Shown piece by piece: positions 51,424 through 61,279 of a stretch of DNA of 64,000 nt. Source of the stretch: Candidatus Schekmanbacteria bacterium (GTDB taxonomy: Bacteria; CSSED10-310; JACPHN01); NCBI GenBank assembly GCA_016188575.1, contig JACPHN010000265.1, positions 13,554 to 77,553 of the forward strand. Reading direction: 5' to 3'. The position numbers were made by a program, and so were the translations under genes. A model generated the notes under the pieces. It was not told where the DNA came from and did not search any database. It saw only the letters and a program-made list of their open reading frames with translations. Numbering within the stretch: the first letter of the stretch is position 1; each line of letters begins with the position of its first letter.

Positions 51424-52598
51424 TTGCGCTTCCCGAAATGGCGGCAGGCCAGCGAGGCCGCCGCCGCAGACAAGAGCTCCACGGCCTGGTCGAGTCCCCA
51501 GCCAACGGACGCCTCAAGCTCACGTTCGCCGCTGATACCGGATTCCACCGGGAAATCAAACGCCGCGTTGGCGAGTACTTCGAGCGCACTGGACGTTCGT
51601 CGCGCGACAACCCGAGCATGTACGCGAAATCAGCGGTGCTGCTCCTTTGGTTCTTCGCATCGTACGCGCTGCTGGTCTTCGCGGCGACGACCTGGCTACA
51701 CGGAGCATTGCTCGCGCTTTCGCTTGCGCTGGCGATGGGCGGCGTCGCTTTCGCCGTTCAACACGACGGCAATCATGGCGCCTATTCTCGCCATCGCGCC
51801 ATCAACCGCGTCGCTGGCATGACGCTCGACCTGCTGGGCGGGAGCTCCTACGTCTGGCAGTGGAAGCACAACATCGCTCATCACACCTATACCAGCCTGC
51901 ACGGCGCCGACAGTGACATCGACGTCCCATTCGGGCGTCTCTCCCCGGCGCAGCCTCGCGGCGGCATGCACCGCTTCCAACACGTCTATTTGTGGCTGGT
52001 CTACGGCCTTCTCGTCGCCCACTGGCACCTGTGTGAGGACTTCAAGCAGTTGGCGACAGGTCGCATCGCGGGGACCCGCTTTCCCAGGCCGCGCGGCTGG
52101 AGTCTGGTCGAGCTGATCGGCGGAAAAATCGCGTTCTTCACCTGGGCGTTCGCGATCCCGATGTTGTTTCATGCGTGGTGGGTGGTGTTGCTGTTCTACG
52201 CGGCGACCTCAGTCGTGCTCAGCTTGCTGCTCGCCTTGATCTTCCAGCTCGCGCACAGCGTCGAGGAGGCAGCGCTTCCGGGACCATTGCCGGGCTCTAA
52301 CGACGTGCCGCGGCCGTGGGCCGTGCACCAGGTTGAAGCCACGGTCGACTTCGCGCGAGGAAACCGGTGGCTGAGCTGGTACGTCGGTGGGCTCAACTTC
52401 CAGATTGAGCACCACTTGTTCCCGCGCATTTGCCACGTTCACTACCCGCGCATCGCCAGTATCGTGCAGGCGACGTGCGCCGAGCTTGGAGTGCGCTATT
52501 CCGCCCACGAGAGCCTCCTGAGCGCCGTGCGCTCACACTGGCGTTGGCTTCGCCGTCTGGGGCGTCTTCCCCTGGCGGAACCAACGGCGCGAGCGTGA
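51420..52598 (+). CDS. Membrane fatty acid desaturase
   Basis: His boxes HDGNH, HNIAHH, QIEHHLFP. Confidence 0.92.
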   Translation: MIALPEMAAGQRGRRRRQELHGLVESPANGRLKLTFAADTGFHREIKRRVGEYFERTGRSSRDNPSMYAKSAVLLLWFFASYALLVFAATTWLHGALLALSLALAMGGVAFAVQHDGNHGAYSRHRAINRVAGMTLDLLGGSSYVWQWKHNIAHHTYTSLHGADSDIDVPFGRLSPAQPRGGMHRFQHVYLWLVYGLLVAHWHLCEDFKQLATGRIAGTRFPRPRGWSLVELIGGKIAFFTWAFAIPMLFHAWWVVLLFYAATSVVLSLLLALIFQLAHSVEEAALPGPLPGSNDVPRPWAVHQVEATVDFARGNRWLSWYVGGLNFQIEHHLFPRICHVHYPRIASIVQATCAELGVRYSAHESLLSAVRSHWRWLRRLGRLPLAEPTARA

Positions 52599-53824
52599 CC
52601 GTGGGATCCGCGCCCATCACGTCCTGTGAAGAGCTACCGGTGCCGAGCGTCGCCCTCACGGTCGACGGCGGGTTGGTCGCGGCGGCCGAATCAGTGGAGC
52701 TCCTTGACGGCGGTGCGCAGGCCTACCCGCGCATGCTCCTGGCCATCGCGCGGGCGCGGAGAACTGTGCATCTGGAGGTGTACGCGTTTGCTTCCTTGGG
52801 CGTGGGCGCCCGTTTCGTCGCGGAGCTTGGTCGGGCGGCGCGCCGGGGCGTGGCGGTACGGGTCATGATCGACGGCTGGGGGTCCGCCCGCGGAGGACGC
52901 GCCATCGCCGCAGCCTTGGACCATGACGGCTGCGCGGTCCAGATATACAACCGCCTGCTCAGCCTGCTGGTTGGTCGCTTTGTCCGCAACCATCGCAAGA
53001 TCCTACTGGTCGACGACGAGGTGGCCTTTCTCGGTGGAATCAACATCGGCGACGAAAACCTGGGAGAGGGCGAGCGTCTGGGCTGGGCCGACCTGGCGCT
53101 GGAGATTCGCGGACCGCAGTGTGCGCACCTCGGCCAGATGATCCGCCGGGAGCCCCACAGGCCGGTCGACAGCTCGCTCCGCATCTTTCTTTGTGGTCTC
53201 GGCGGCGGGTGGCGCTTGCGCCGGAGGTACCTCAGAGCCTTCGCAAGTGCCAAGCAGCGTATCCACGTCGCGCACGGCTACTTTCTGCCCGACCATGGGG
53301 TCGTCCGCGCCCTCACTGCCGCGGCGCGGCGCGGCGTGCAGGTCCGTCTGCTGCTCGCCGGCCGGAGTGACGTGCTGTTTGCGCGCGCCGCCACCAGGAG
53401 CCTTCATCGCCGATTGCTCGCGGCGGGTGTACACATCCACGAGTGGGGTGCCTCGGTTTTGCACGCGAAGGTGGCGACCGTCGACGGGCGCCGGCTGCTC
53501 GTGGGCAGCTTCAATCTAGATCCGTTTTCGCTCGTCAACCTCGAGGCACTGGTGGAGGTCGATGACACGCGGGTCATCGAGCAAGCTGAGGCCTGGATCC
53601 AAACCCACTTCGCCAGCTCGCGCGCGATGACGTCGGTGGAAGCGACCACGCGGCTCCGGCGATGGCTGCTCGATCCGCTCGGCCGCCTCGTCGCGCTGCT
53701 GGCCGACGCCATCGGCCGCTTGCTCGCAAGCCACAAGATGCGGCAGGCATCGCTGGACTACTCGAAACCGTCGCGGCCAGAGGCGCAGATGGCGGACGCA
53801 CCGCCCTCACCTCAGTCAAAATGA
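52595..53824 (+). CDS. Phospholipase D / cardiolipin synthase ClsB-like protein
   Basis: Two HKD motifs, HRKILLVD and HAKVATVD, plus GGINI and GSFN. GTG 52595 overlaps the desaturase stop. Confidence 0.88.
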   Translation: MTVGSAPITSCEELPVPSVALTVDGGLVAAAESVELLDGGAQAYPRMLLAIARARRTVHLEVYAFASLGVGARFVAELGRAARRGVAVRVMIDGWGSARGGRAIAAALDHDGCAVQIYNRLLSLLVGRFVRNHRKILLVDDEVAFLGGINIGDENLGEGERLGWADLALEIRGPQCAHLGQMIRREPHRPVDSSLRIFLCGLGGGWRLRRRYLRAFASAKQRIHVAHGYFLPDHGVVRALTAAARRGVQVRLLLAGRSDVLFARAATRSLHRRLLAAGVHIHEWGASVLHAKVATVDGRRLLVGSFNLDPFSLVNLEALVEVDDTRVIEQAEAWIQTHFASSRAMTSVEATTRLRRWLLDPLGRLVALLADAIGRLLASHKMRQASLDYSKPSRPEAQMADAPPSPQSK

Positions 53825-53927
53825 TGGCGATGTACTTCATTTTGACTGAGCGCGAGCTACCGCGGGCCACCGGCCGCCTGCGAAACGTCCCGAGCCGCGC
53901 GCTGGCCTCCTTGGCCTCGGCCGTGCA
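53811..53927 (+). promoter_or_regulatory. Perfect 14-bp inverted repeat (tandem UAS) and sigma54 promoter upstream of the pirin gene
   Basis: CTCAGTCAAAATGA-N12-TCATTTTGACTGAG (53811-53850) and TGGCCT-CGGCC-GTGCA (53912-53927). Confidence 0.72.
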
Positions 53928-54044
53928 ACAGGCAGGGGAGACGCGCGAAAGGTGGTCGAGGCCACGTTTGGTAGCAACAGTCTCGGAGCATCCGGCAGCT
54001 CGTGGAGTGAGCGGTAACTCACACCGGAGAAGGAGTAGGCTCGT

Positions 54045-54965
54045 GTGATTACGGTGCGCAGGAATAGGGAGCGTCGCCACATCCAAGGTGGCAAGTGCGA
54101 CATGTGGCTCACCTTCTCCCCCCCCCAGGAGGGTCCGCTGCGACCCGCCGGCGACTTTGGAGCTCTCGTCGCGCTCAACGAAGTGCGACTCGCGCCGGGA
54201 GGTGCCTTTGCGCCTCCCGCTCGCGAGGAAGCGGAGATCGTGACTTATGTGTACCGGGGAGCGCTGGCGCAGGAGGATTCGACCGGAAGCTCCGGGGTTG
54301 TGCAAGCGGGCGAGCTCCAGAGCATGATCACGGGCCGTGGCATCCGCCACAAGGAAACAAACGCTTCACGGTCCGAATGGGCTCACATTTTTCGCATCTC
54401 TCTGGTGCCATCTCAGGTCGGTCTCGGCTGTGGCTCCGAGCAGAAGCGCTTCGCGGCGGCGCAGCGCCGCAATGTGCTATGCGTCGTCGCCTCTCCGGAC
54501 GGGCGGAAGGGATCGCTCCGCCTCCTTCAGGACACCATCATCTGCTCGAGCGTGCTCGACTCCGGATACCATCTCGTCCACGAGCTGTTCCCCGGGCGAG
54601 TCGCCTGGCTCCACATCATTCGCGGCGAGGTGACCATGCATGACGTCATCTTGAACCCAGGTGACGGCGCAGGCACCGTGCTCGAGCCCTCCGTGTCGCT
54701 CACGGCGCGCGAGAACACGGAAATCCTGCTCGTCGACTTGTACCGGGCGCCGCGGACATCGCCAGCCGGGGGGAGCCTCGCGGGACCGACAGGCGAGGTC
54801 GCGCTCCCACCTGGATCCACCGCCTGTTCGATGGCGACGCGACCGCGCCCCCCTACGTCCCTCCCCCCGCTCTTGACGAAACCTGCTCCGGATGGTAGAC
54901 GACCCCGGACAGCAAGTTGCCCCAGGCAAGCCCATGACAACGAAGCTCCGCGGAGGCGAGCATGA
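54045..54965 (+). CDS. Pirin-like bicupin (YhhW/YhaK family) with probable read-through tail
   Basis: TFS...FGALVALNE, EIVTYVYRG...DSTG, GIRHKE, VASPDGRKGSL, ILLVDL. AGGAG RBS. Confidence 0.85.
   Translation: MITVRRNRERRHIQGGKCDMWLTFSPPQEGPLRPAGDFGALVALNEVRLAPGGAFAPPAREEAEIVTYVYRGALAQEDSTGSSGVVQAGELQSMITGRGIRHKETNASRSEWAHIFRISLVPSQVGLGCGSEQKRFAAAQRRNVLCVVASPDGRKGSLRLLQDTIICSSVLDSGYHLVHELFPGRVAWLHIIRGEVTMHDVILNPGDGAGTVLEPSVSLTARENTEILLVDLYRAPRTSPAGGSLAGPTGEVALPPGSTACSMATRPRPPTSLPPLLTKPAPDGRRPRTASCPRQAHDNEAPRRRA
54873..54901 (+). promoter_or_regulatory. Possible sigma70 promoter for the acyl-CoA dehydrogenase
   Basis: TTGACG-N17-TAGACG with an extended TG, located inside the pirin tail. Confidence 0.45.
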
Positions 54966-56662
54966 TCCTGTTAAATCCCCACCGGCATCAGTCGACCGCC
55001 GGCGACGCCAAGACCCGCCAGATCATGAGCCGAACGATCGAGTTCTTCGAGCACAAGGGCAAGCAGCGAATCAAGGAGGATGATCGCAACCGCGTCTGGT
55101 ATGCAGACTTCCTCGCGTCCGTGGCGAGCAACCAGACTTTCGCCACGTTGCTCACGCCGGCCGCCCACGCCCAGGATGAGGCCACTCGCTGGGACACCAG
55201 GAGAAACTGCGAGCTCAACGAGATCCTGGGCTTCTACGGTCTGGCATACTGGTACACGTGGCAGGTCACGATTCTGGGTCTCGGGCCGATCTGGATGTCG
55301 CCGAACGAGGAGCTGAAACGCCGGGCCGCGGGCCTTCTTCGGGAAGGCGCCGTATTCGGTTTCGGGCTCTCGGAGCGGGCGCATGGAGCCGATATCTACG
55401 CGACCGAAATGGCGCTTTCGCCGCAAGCCGATGGGACGTATCGCGCCAATGGATCCAAGTATTACATCGGTAACGCCAACGCGGCCGCGATGGTTTCCAC
55501 GTTCGGCAAGCTGGCCGATAGCGGCGACTACGTGTTCTTCGTCGCCAACTACCGAAACCCCAGCTACCATCTGGTCAAGAACGTAACGGCGAGCCAGAGC
55601 TACGTCGGCGAGTACACCCTGGAGGACTACCCGATCACGGGCTCGGAGATCCTCTCACGGGGTCAGGCGGCCTGGGATGCGGCGCTCAATACCGTCAACA
55701 TCGGCAAATACAATCTCGGTTGGGCTTCGATCGGGATGTGTACGCACTCCTTCTACGAGGCCATCAACCACGCCGCTCGCCGCCGTCTGTACGGGATGCA
55801 CGTGACGGATTTCCCGCACGTTCAGCAGATGTTCACCGACGCTTACGCCCGGCTCGTGGCCATGAAGCTGTTCGCGCTGCGCGCCGCCGACTACATGCGC
55901 GCGGCGTCGCCGCATGACCGGCGCTACTTGCTGTATAACCCCGTCGTGAAAATGAAGGTCACGACCCAGGGTGAAGACGTCATGAACCTGTTGTGGGACG
56001 TCATCGCCGCGAAGGGGTTTGAGAAGGACACGTTTTTCGAGATGGCGGCGCGCGACATACGCGCCCTGCCCAAGCTCGAGGGAACTGTCCACGTCAACAT
56101 TGCCCTGATCGTCAAGTTCATGCCGATGTACTTTTTCGGCAATGCGCCCTACCCCGAGATCCCGAGGCGCGACGAACCCGGGAACGACGATTTTCTCTTC
56201 GACCAGGGCCCGGCCAAGGGCCTGGGGCAGATTCCCTTCCACGACTATCGCGCCGCGTTCGCGCTGTACGATACGGCAAACCTCGCGGTGTTCCGCCAGC
56301 AAATCGAAGTGTTCAAGGAGCTGTTGGCCACGGCGCCTCCCGATGAGACGCAGCGCCGGGATACCGACTTCCTGTTGTCACTCGGCGAGCTGTTCACTCA
56401 GGTCGTCTACGCTCAGCTCATCCTGGAAAACGCGAGGATCTACGACGTCGAGGCGGATCTCGTGGACCAGATGATGGACTTCATGGTGCGGGATTTTTCG
56501 CGATTCGCGCTGGGGCTGCACAGCAAGGTTTGTAGCACGGATCGGCAGATGGAGCTGTGCTTGCGCATGATCCGCAAGCCGGCTTGCGACACCCGGCGGT
56601 ATCGGCACGTGTGGAGCGATCACGTGCTCGCGCAGCAGGGCGCGTACGAAATGCCCGACTGA
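54962..56662 (+). CDS. Acyl-CoA dehydrogenase family protein
   Basis: FGLSERAHGAD, ANGSKYYIGN, KLEGTVHVN. GGAGG RBS. Confidence 0.88.
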   Translation: MILLNPHRHQSTAGDAKTRQIMSRTIEFFEHKGKQRIKEDDRNRVWYADFLASVASNQTFATLLTPAAHAQDEATRWDTRRNCELNEILGFYGLAYWYTWQVTILGLGPIWMSPNEELKRRAAGLLREGAVFGFGLSERAHGADIYATEMALSPQADGTYRANGSKYYIGNANAAAMVSTFGKLADSGDYVFFVANYRNPSYHLVKNVTASQSYVGEYTLEDYPITGSEILSRGQAAWDAALNTVNIGKYNLGWASIGMCTHSFYEAINHAARRRLYGMHVTDFPHVQQMFTDAYARLVAMKLFALRAADYMRAASPHDRRYLLYNPVVKMKVTTQGEDVMNLLWDVIAAKGFEKDTFFEMAARDIRALPKLEGTVHVNIALIVKFMPMYFFGNAPYPEIPRRDEPGNDDFLFDQGPAKGLGQIPFHDYRAAFALYDTANLAVFRQQIEVFKELLATAPPDETQRRDTDFLLSLGELFTQVVYAQLILENARIYDVEADLVDQMMDFMVRDFSRFALGLHSKVCSTDRQMELCLRMIRKPACDTRRYRHVWSDHVLAQQGAYEMPD

Positions 56663-56752
56663 GCCGCGATCGGGCGATACCCGCGGAAGGGTGGGCCGCC
56701 AGGCTCGCGGGTGCTGTCAAGCCTGGCGCGCTCGACCCTGCCTGCCCGGCAC

Positions 56753-57898
56753 CTACAGGCCCATCGCCTTGGCGATGATTTCCTTCATGATTTCCTGCGT
56801 GCCGCCCCCGATCGGCAGGATCCGGGCGTCCCGGCTGAGCCGTTCCACGAAGGTCTCCCGCATGTATCCGAGTCCACCGAAGATCTGCACCGCGTCATAG
56901 GACACGGAGACGGCGGTCTCGGCGGCCACGTTTTTCGCCATCGATACCTCGCGGACGCAGTATTCCCCAGCATCGAGGCGACTGGCTACCTGATAGACCA
57001 TGGTTTTGGCCGCCACGGTTCGCGTCGCCATGTCCACGATCTTGTGGCGGGTGGTCTGGAACTTGCCGATGGGTCGTCCGAAGGCCATTCGCTCTGCGGC
57101 GTAGCGCCTGGCTTCCTCCAGGGCGAGCTCCGCGGTGACGTATCCATAGCCGGCGAGGGCGAGCCGTTCTGATTGAAAATTCCGCATCAACAACGGGAAT
57201 CCAGCTCCTTCTCCGCCAATGAGGTTGGCCGCCGGGACGCGGACATTTTGAAAGAAAATCTCGGCGGTGTCGCTCGCACACCAGCCGTGTTTCTCGAGTG
57301 GCCGCGAGACCTGGACCCCGGGAGAGCTCGTTTCGATTGCCAGAAAGCTCACGCCGCCGTGGGGGTCGTCCCCGGTGCGCACGAGCGTGGTGAGCAAATC
57401 GGCCCGCACGCCGCTCGTAATGAACATCTTGCTGCCGTTGACCACGTACTCGTCACCGTCTCGGTGCGCCGAGGTGCGGATGCCGGCGACGTCGCTGCCG
57501 GCGCCCGGTTCGGTAATGGCGAGAGCGGCGATCATTTCGCCCGCCAGGACGGGACGGGCGTAGCGATCGATCAAGGCGCGGTCGCCGGCCGCAATGATGG
57601 GCGGGAGCGCGATCCCGAGCGAGCCAAGGCTCACCGCGACACCCGTGGATCGGCCCCGCATCATCCCCTCGATCATCATCAACATCTGCATGGCGCCGCC
57701 GCCGCTGCCGCCGACGGATGCGGCGAACCCTACCCCCAGAATTCCCGCTGCCGCCGCCTTCTTGTAGAGCTCGCGAGGAAAAGTCCCATTCCTTTCCCAG
57801 TCGTCGGCGAAGGGAGCGATTTCCCGTTCGGCGAAGGTCTTACAAGTATCGCGGATCAGCCGCATCTCATCGTCGAGGAAATTATCGAAAAAGCCCAT
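56753..57898 (-). CDS. Acyl-CoA dehydrogenase
   Basis: ALAITEPGAGSD, NGSKMFITSG, AVQIFGGLGY, IGGGTQEI. Confidence 0.92.
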   Translation of the reverse strand: MGFFDNFLDDEMRLIRDTCKTFAEREIAPFADDWERNGTFPRELYKKAAAAGILGVGFAASVGGSGGGAMQMLMMIEGMMRGRSTGVAVSLGSLGIALPPIIAAGDRALIDRYARPVLAGEMIAALAITEPGAGSDVAGIRTSAHRDGDEYVVNGSKMFITSGVRADLLTTLVRTGDDPHGGVSFLAIETSSPGVQVSRPLEKHGWCASDTAEIFFQNVRVPAANLIGGEGAGFPLLMRNFQSERLALAGYGYVTAELALEEARRYAAERMAFGRPIGKFQTTRHKIVDMATRTVAAKTMVYQVASRLDAGEYCVREVSMAKNVAAETAVSVSYDAVQIFGGLGYMRETFVERLSRDARILPIGGGTQEIMKEIIAKAMGL

Positions 57899-58582
57899 TC
57901 ATTTTTCTCCCGTTCCGGCGCCGGCGGCTCGTCGCGGCGAGGCGCGATCAGTGGCCGAGAGCCGGGTCACGATGGCGTTGAGCCACCTGTCGTCGCGCCC
58001 GGGCCGAGCGTCGTCTGTGTGCCACATCGCGAGCTCGCCGGCATCCGGCAGCGCGGCAATCCAGCTCTGGACGAGCGCGTCATGCGCGTCGGTGAAGTGG
58101 CGGCCCTTGCGCTCGCCTTCGCCGATGCCCAGTTTGAAGCTGAAATAGAGGACGCCGCCGGGTTTGAGCGCATGCCACAAGCACCCGAGCGCGCCAGGAA
58201 CCGCGGCCAAGGGCACGTGCAGGAGGCTGGCGCACGCCCAGACGCCGTCGTAGCAGGCGTGCTCGCGGACGTCCTGAAAGCCGCGGACGTGCACCGGAAT
58301 GCCGGCGTGCGCGCTGGCAAGCCGCGCCAGGGCCGGCGAGGCATCGAATGCGACCACGCGGTAGCCGCGCTCGGAAAACGCTTTCGCGTCGCGTCCAGAC
58401 CCGCATCCGGCATCGAGAATCGAGCCGCCCGCGGGGATTCGGGGCAGGAAGCGGCGGTAGAACGCTTCCATGTCGAGCGCGTGGGTGTCGGCGAAAAACT
58501 CCGCGGCGTGCTGCTCGTAATAGTCGCTGGTGCCCGTCACCACGGGACGTGCGGCGGTGCCCGCGGGCGGAGTGTCGTTCAT
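57899..58582 (-). CDS. Class I SAM-dependent methyltransferase
   Basis: ILDAGCGSGRD, YDGVWACASLLH, LKPGG. Confidence 0.88.
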   Translation of the reverse strand: MNDTPPAGTAARPVVTGTSDYYEQHAAEFFADTHALDMEAFYRRFLPRIPAGGSILDAGCGSGRDAKAFSERGYRVVAFDASPALARLASAHAGIPVHVRGFQDVREHACYDGVWACASLLHVPLAAVPGALGCLWHALKPGGVLYFSFKLGIGEGERKGRHFTDAHDALVQSWIAALPDAGELAMWHTDDARPGRDDRWLNAIVTRLSATDRASPRRAAGAGTGEK

Positions 58583-58855
58583 TGTTGGCAATGCGCTCAA
58601 GGTCCCGTCCCTTCCTGTGCGGCGCCGGAATCAAGGTAACGCGGATCGTAGCCGGATCGCAAGGAACAGGCGCTCCTCCGTCGCGACCAGGCAGCAGGTG
58701 GGCGCGCCTATCCCCGGAAATGCTCGCGTTGTGAAAAACATGCCGGCGGTGCCCTTTGATTTTGCCGCGGCTCCGTGCTACTCAGCCTGTGTCTGGCCGC
58801 TGCCGCCGCAGCCGCGACGGTCAATCCATCAGCTCGTATCTCCAGTGGTGAAGCC

Positions 58856-59773
58856 GTGCCGAAAAAATCAGCTCCGAAACAGCCCTCCCCCAGCTCCGGT
58901 CAAGCAGTCGGCGCGCCCCAGCCTGATGCGGTCGCGACCCTTCTCGTGCTGTTCGCCGACTGGGCGAAGTCGCGAACAGTTGCCGATCTTCTGCCGCGCG
59001 AGCATCTGTTGCGCCTCGACCGGCGCGATCTCGAGCGGTTGCGCCCGCTGTATTTCCAGGCGGTTGCCCAGGCGGACGACGCCTTGCGCGCCGAGCGCCG
59101 GTCGCTCGGAGCGCTGCTTGGGCAGGCTGCGGCTGAACGGCTGCTCAAGACCGCGGCGGAGCTCGAGCCCGATCCCGAAATGGTGCGCGCCTCGCTTCGC
59201 ACCAAGGCCGTTCAGGAGATGCTCGGATCGGTCGTCTACGACGGCATCCGCGAGTTCATGCGGCGCGTGGACCTCATCGGACCGATCATCGACAAGCTGC
59301 CGATCATCGGCGGGATCCGCCGCATGGTGCTGAGCACGATTCAGACGGAGCTCGAAGCGCGGGTGGAGAGTCAGATCAAGGCGTTTCTCGGCGGCTTTTC
59401 GAGCTCGACCGTGGAGGCCGCCATCGATTATGTGCTCGCGCCCACACACGTGGACGACTTTCGCGAGATGCGTAAGGCAATCGTGCGCCACGTGTTGGAT
59501 CGGCCGCTTGCGTCCTTCGTGCCGGCAAAAGAGCGCGCGAAAGACTTGCACGAGCGGATCTGGAGGTCCTTCGAGACCCTCGTCGAAGATCGGCAGCGGT
59601 GGGAGGGGCTCGTCAACAGAGCCGCGGACGCGTTTGGCGAGCGCCCGGTCGGCGACCTCGTCGACCTCAGGGTGGCCGCGGACGATCCCCTGCTCGCCTT
59701 GCCAGCGCGCATTCTCGGCGACTTCCTGGCGACCGAGCCAGCGCGCGCCTGGTTTCACGCCTACGTTTCTTGA
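58856..59773 (+). CDS. Hypothetical all-helical protein (start uncertain)
   Basis: Long ORF with typical codon usage; no motif recognised with confidence. Confidence 0.65.
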   Translation: MPKKSAPKQPSPSSGQAVGAPQPDAVATLLVLFADWAKSRTVADLLPREHLLRLDRRDLERLRPLYFQAVAQADDALRAERRSLGALLGQAAAERLLKTAAELEPDPEMVRASLRTKAVQEMLGSVVYDGIREFMRRVDLIGPIIDKLPIIGGIRRMVLSTIQTELEARVESQIKAFLGGFSSSTVEAAIDYVLAPTHVDDFREMRKAIVRHVLDRPLASFVPAKERAKDLHERIWRSFETLVEDRQRWEGLVNRAADAFGERPVGDLVDLRVAADDPLLALPARILGDFLATEPARAWFHAYVS

Positions 59774-59881
59774 CGCGGAAAGGAGGGGGTATTGTCGGAT
59801 TCAGGCGTGGGTGCCCAGTTGCACCCCCCAGACCACCGCGATATACCTAGATTGAGGCCATAGACACCGCTTCCGGGAACC

Positions 59882-60247
59882 GTGGATATGATCATCGCCA
59901 TTATCATCGTGACGTTGGCATCGGTTGTTGGGCTCATCGTGTCGATTCTCTACGACAGCCCGGTGGCCTACAACGGGTTTGCCGTCATCATCATCATCGG
60001 CACCATTCTAATCTTCCTGGCGAACTGGGTGTTTGTCCGTCGCGAGCGCCTGCCTCAGTCGCCGGAGGAGGAGGAGAGAGAAGAGGCGGCGGCTACCGCT
60101 GCAGCCTGGCGTCCCGGTCGTGCCGTGCCCGCCGCGCGCGCGAAACCGCGCCGCCCCGACCTGCCGCCCGACGAGGACATCGACTGGGAAGCGCTGGCCT
60201 CCGCGGATATTCCGGAGCTGCGCTCCGAGGACGAGCGGCGATCCTGA
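59882..60247 (+). CDS. Small two-TM membrane protein
   Basis: Two hydrophobic helices followed by an acidic tail. Confidence 0.6.
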   Translation: MDMIIAIIIVTLASVVGLIVSILYDSPVAYNGFAVIIIIGTILIFLANWVFVRRERLPQSPEEEEREEAAATAAAWRPGRAVPAARAKPRRPDLPPDEDIDWEALASADIPELRSEDERRS

Positions 60248-60351
60248 GCTGCGCTCCGCGCCGGGGGGTGACCACGTCTGAAAGGTAGGCGCGGGAACGG
60301 CGGGTGCGCTCAATCTCACTTTCGGGCATTTCCCTGCCCAAGGACGGCTTC

Positions 60352-61275
60352 ATGCAACTGCGGTTCGAGAAGCTCACCAAGACGTATCCCGGAGGTATTG
60401 TCGCGTTGCGCGACGTGTCCCTGACCATTCCTCCGGGAATGTTCGGGCTCCTCGGCCCAAACGGCGCCGGCAAATCGACGCTCATGCGCATCCTGGCCAC
60501 ACTGCAGGAGCCGGACTCGGGGGGCGCCTGGCTCGGCGACATCGATATCCTCAAGGACAAGATGGGCCTGCGCCGGGTGCTCGGATACTTGCCCCAGGAG
60601 TTTGGCCTCTACCCGAAGGTGAGCGCGCTGGAAATGCTCGATCACCTGGCCGTTCTCAAGGACATCGGTCCGGCCGCAACCCGCAAGCGGATGGTCCTGG
60701 AGCTGCTGCAGCGAACCAACCTCCATGAAGTGCGCAAACGCTCGCTTGGGAGTTTTTCCGGGGGGATGAAGCAGCGCTTCGGAATCGCTCAGGCGCTGCT
60801 CGGTAAGCCGCGGCTGATCATCGTCGACGAACCCACGGCGGGGCTCGATCCCGAGGAACGAGTGCGGTTCCACAATCTGCTCGCGGAGATTGGTGAAGAC
60901 ATCGTCGTGCTGCTCTCGACACATATTGTCGACGACGTCGGGGACCTGTGTGCAGCGATGGCGGTCATTTTCAAGGGAGAGCTCCTGCTGGCCGGTTCGC
61001 CGCTCGAGCAGATCCGGATGCTCCGCGGCAAGGTGTGGCGGAAACTTGTAAACAAGGACGCCGTGGCACAGCATGCCGTCGAGCATCCCGTCATCTCGTC
61101 CCGGCTCTTTGCGGGCAGGACGCTGATCCACGTGCTGGCGGACGCCGCACCGGATGCCGGCTTCGAGCCGGTCGAGCCGACACTCGAAGACGTCTATTTC
61201 GCCACGATCCGCCGCCGCCAGGCAGGAGTCACGCCGGCGGTCGCCACGGCCGGCGCGCCAGCAGTCGAGGCGTAG
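60352..61275 (+). CDS. ABC transporter ATP-binding protein
   Basis: GPNGAGKST, FSGGMKQR, IIVDEPTAGLD, STH. Confidence 0.93.
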   Translation: MQLRFEKLTKTYPGGIVALRDVSLTIPPGMFGLLGPNGAGKSTLMRILATLQEPDSGGAWLGDIDILKDKMGLRRVLGYLPQEFGLYPKVSALEMLDHLAVLKDIGPAATRKRMVLELLQRTNLHEVRKRSLGSFSGGMKQRFGIAQALLGKPRLIIVDEPTAGLDPEERVRFHNLLAEIGEDIVVLLSTHIVDDVGDLCAAMAVIFKGELLLAGSPLEQIRMLRGKVWRKLVNKDAVAQHAVEHPVISSRLFAGRTLIHVLADAAPDAGFEPVEPTLEDVYFATIRRRQAGVTPAVATAGAPAVEA

Positions 61276-61279
61276 CGCC

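Noticed and set aside
59808-59823. Sigma54-like TGGGTG-N5-TTGCA
   Set aside because: Poor -24 box and no recognisable UAS; too weak to call.
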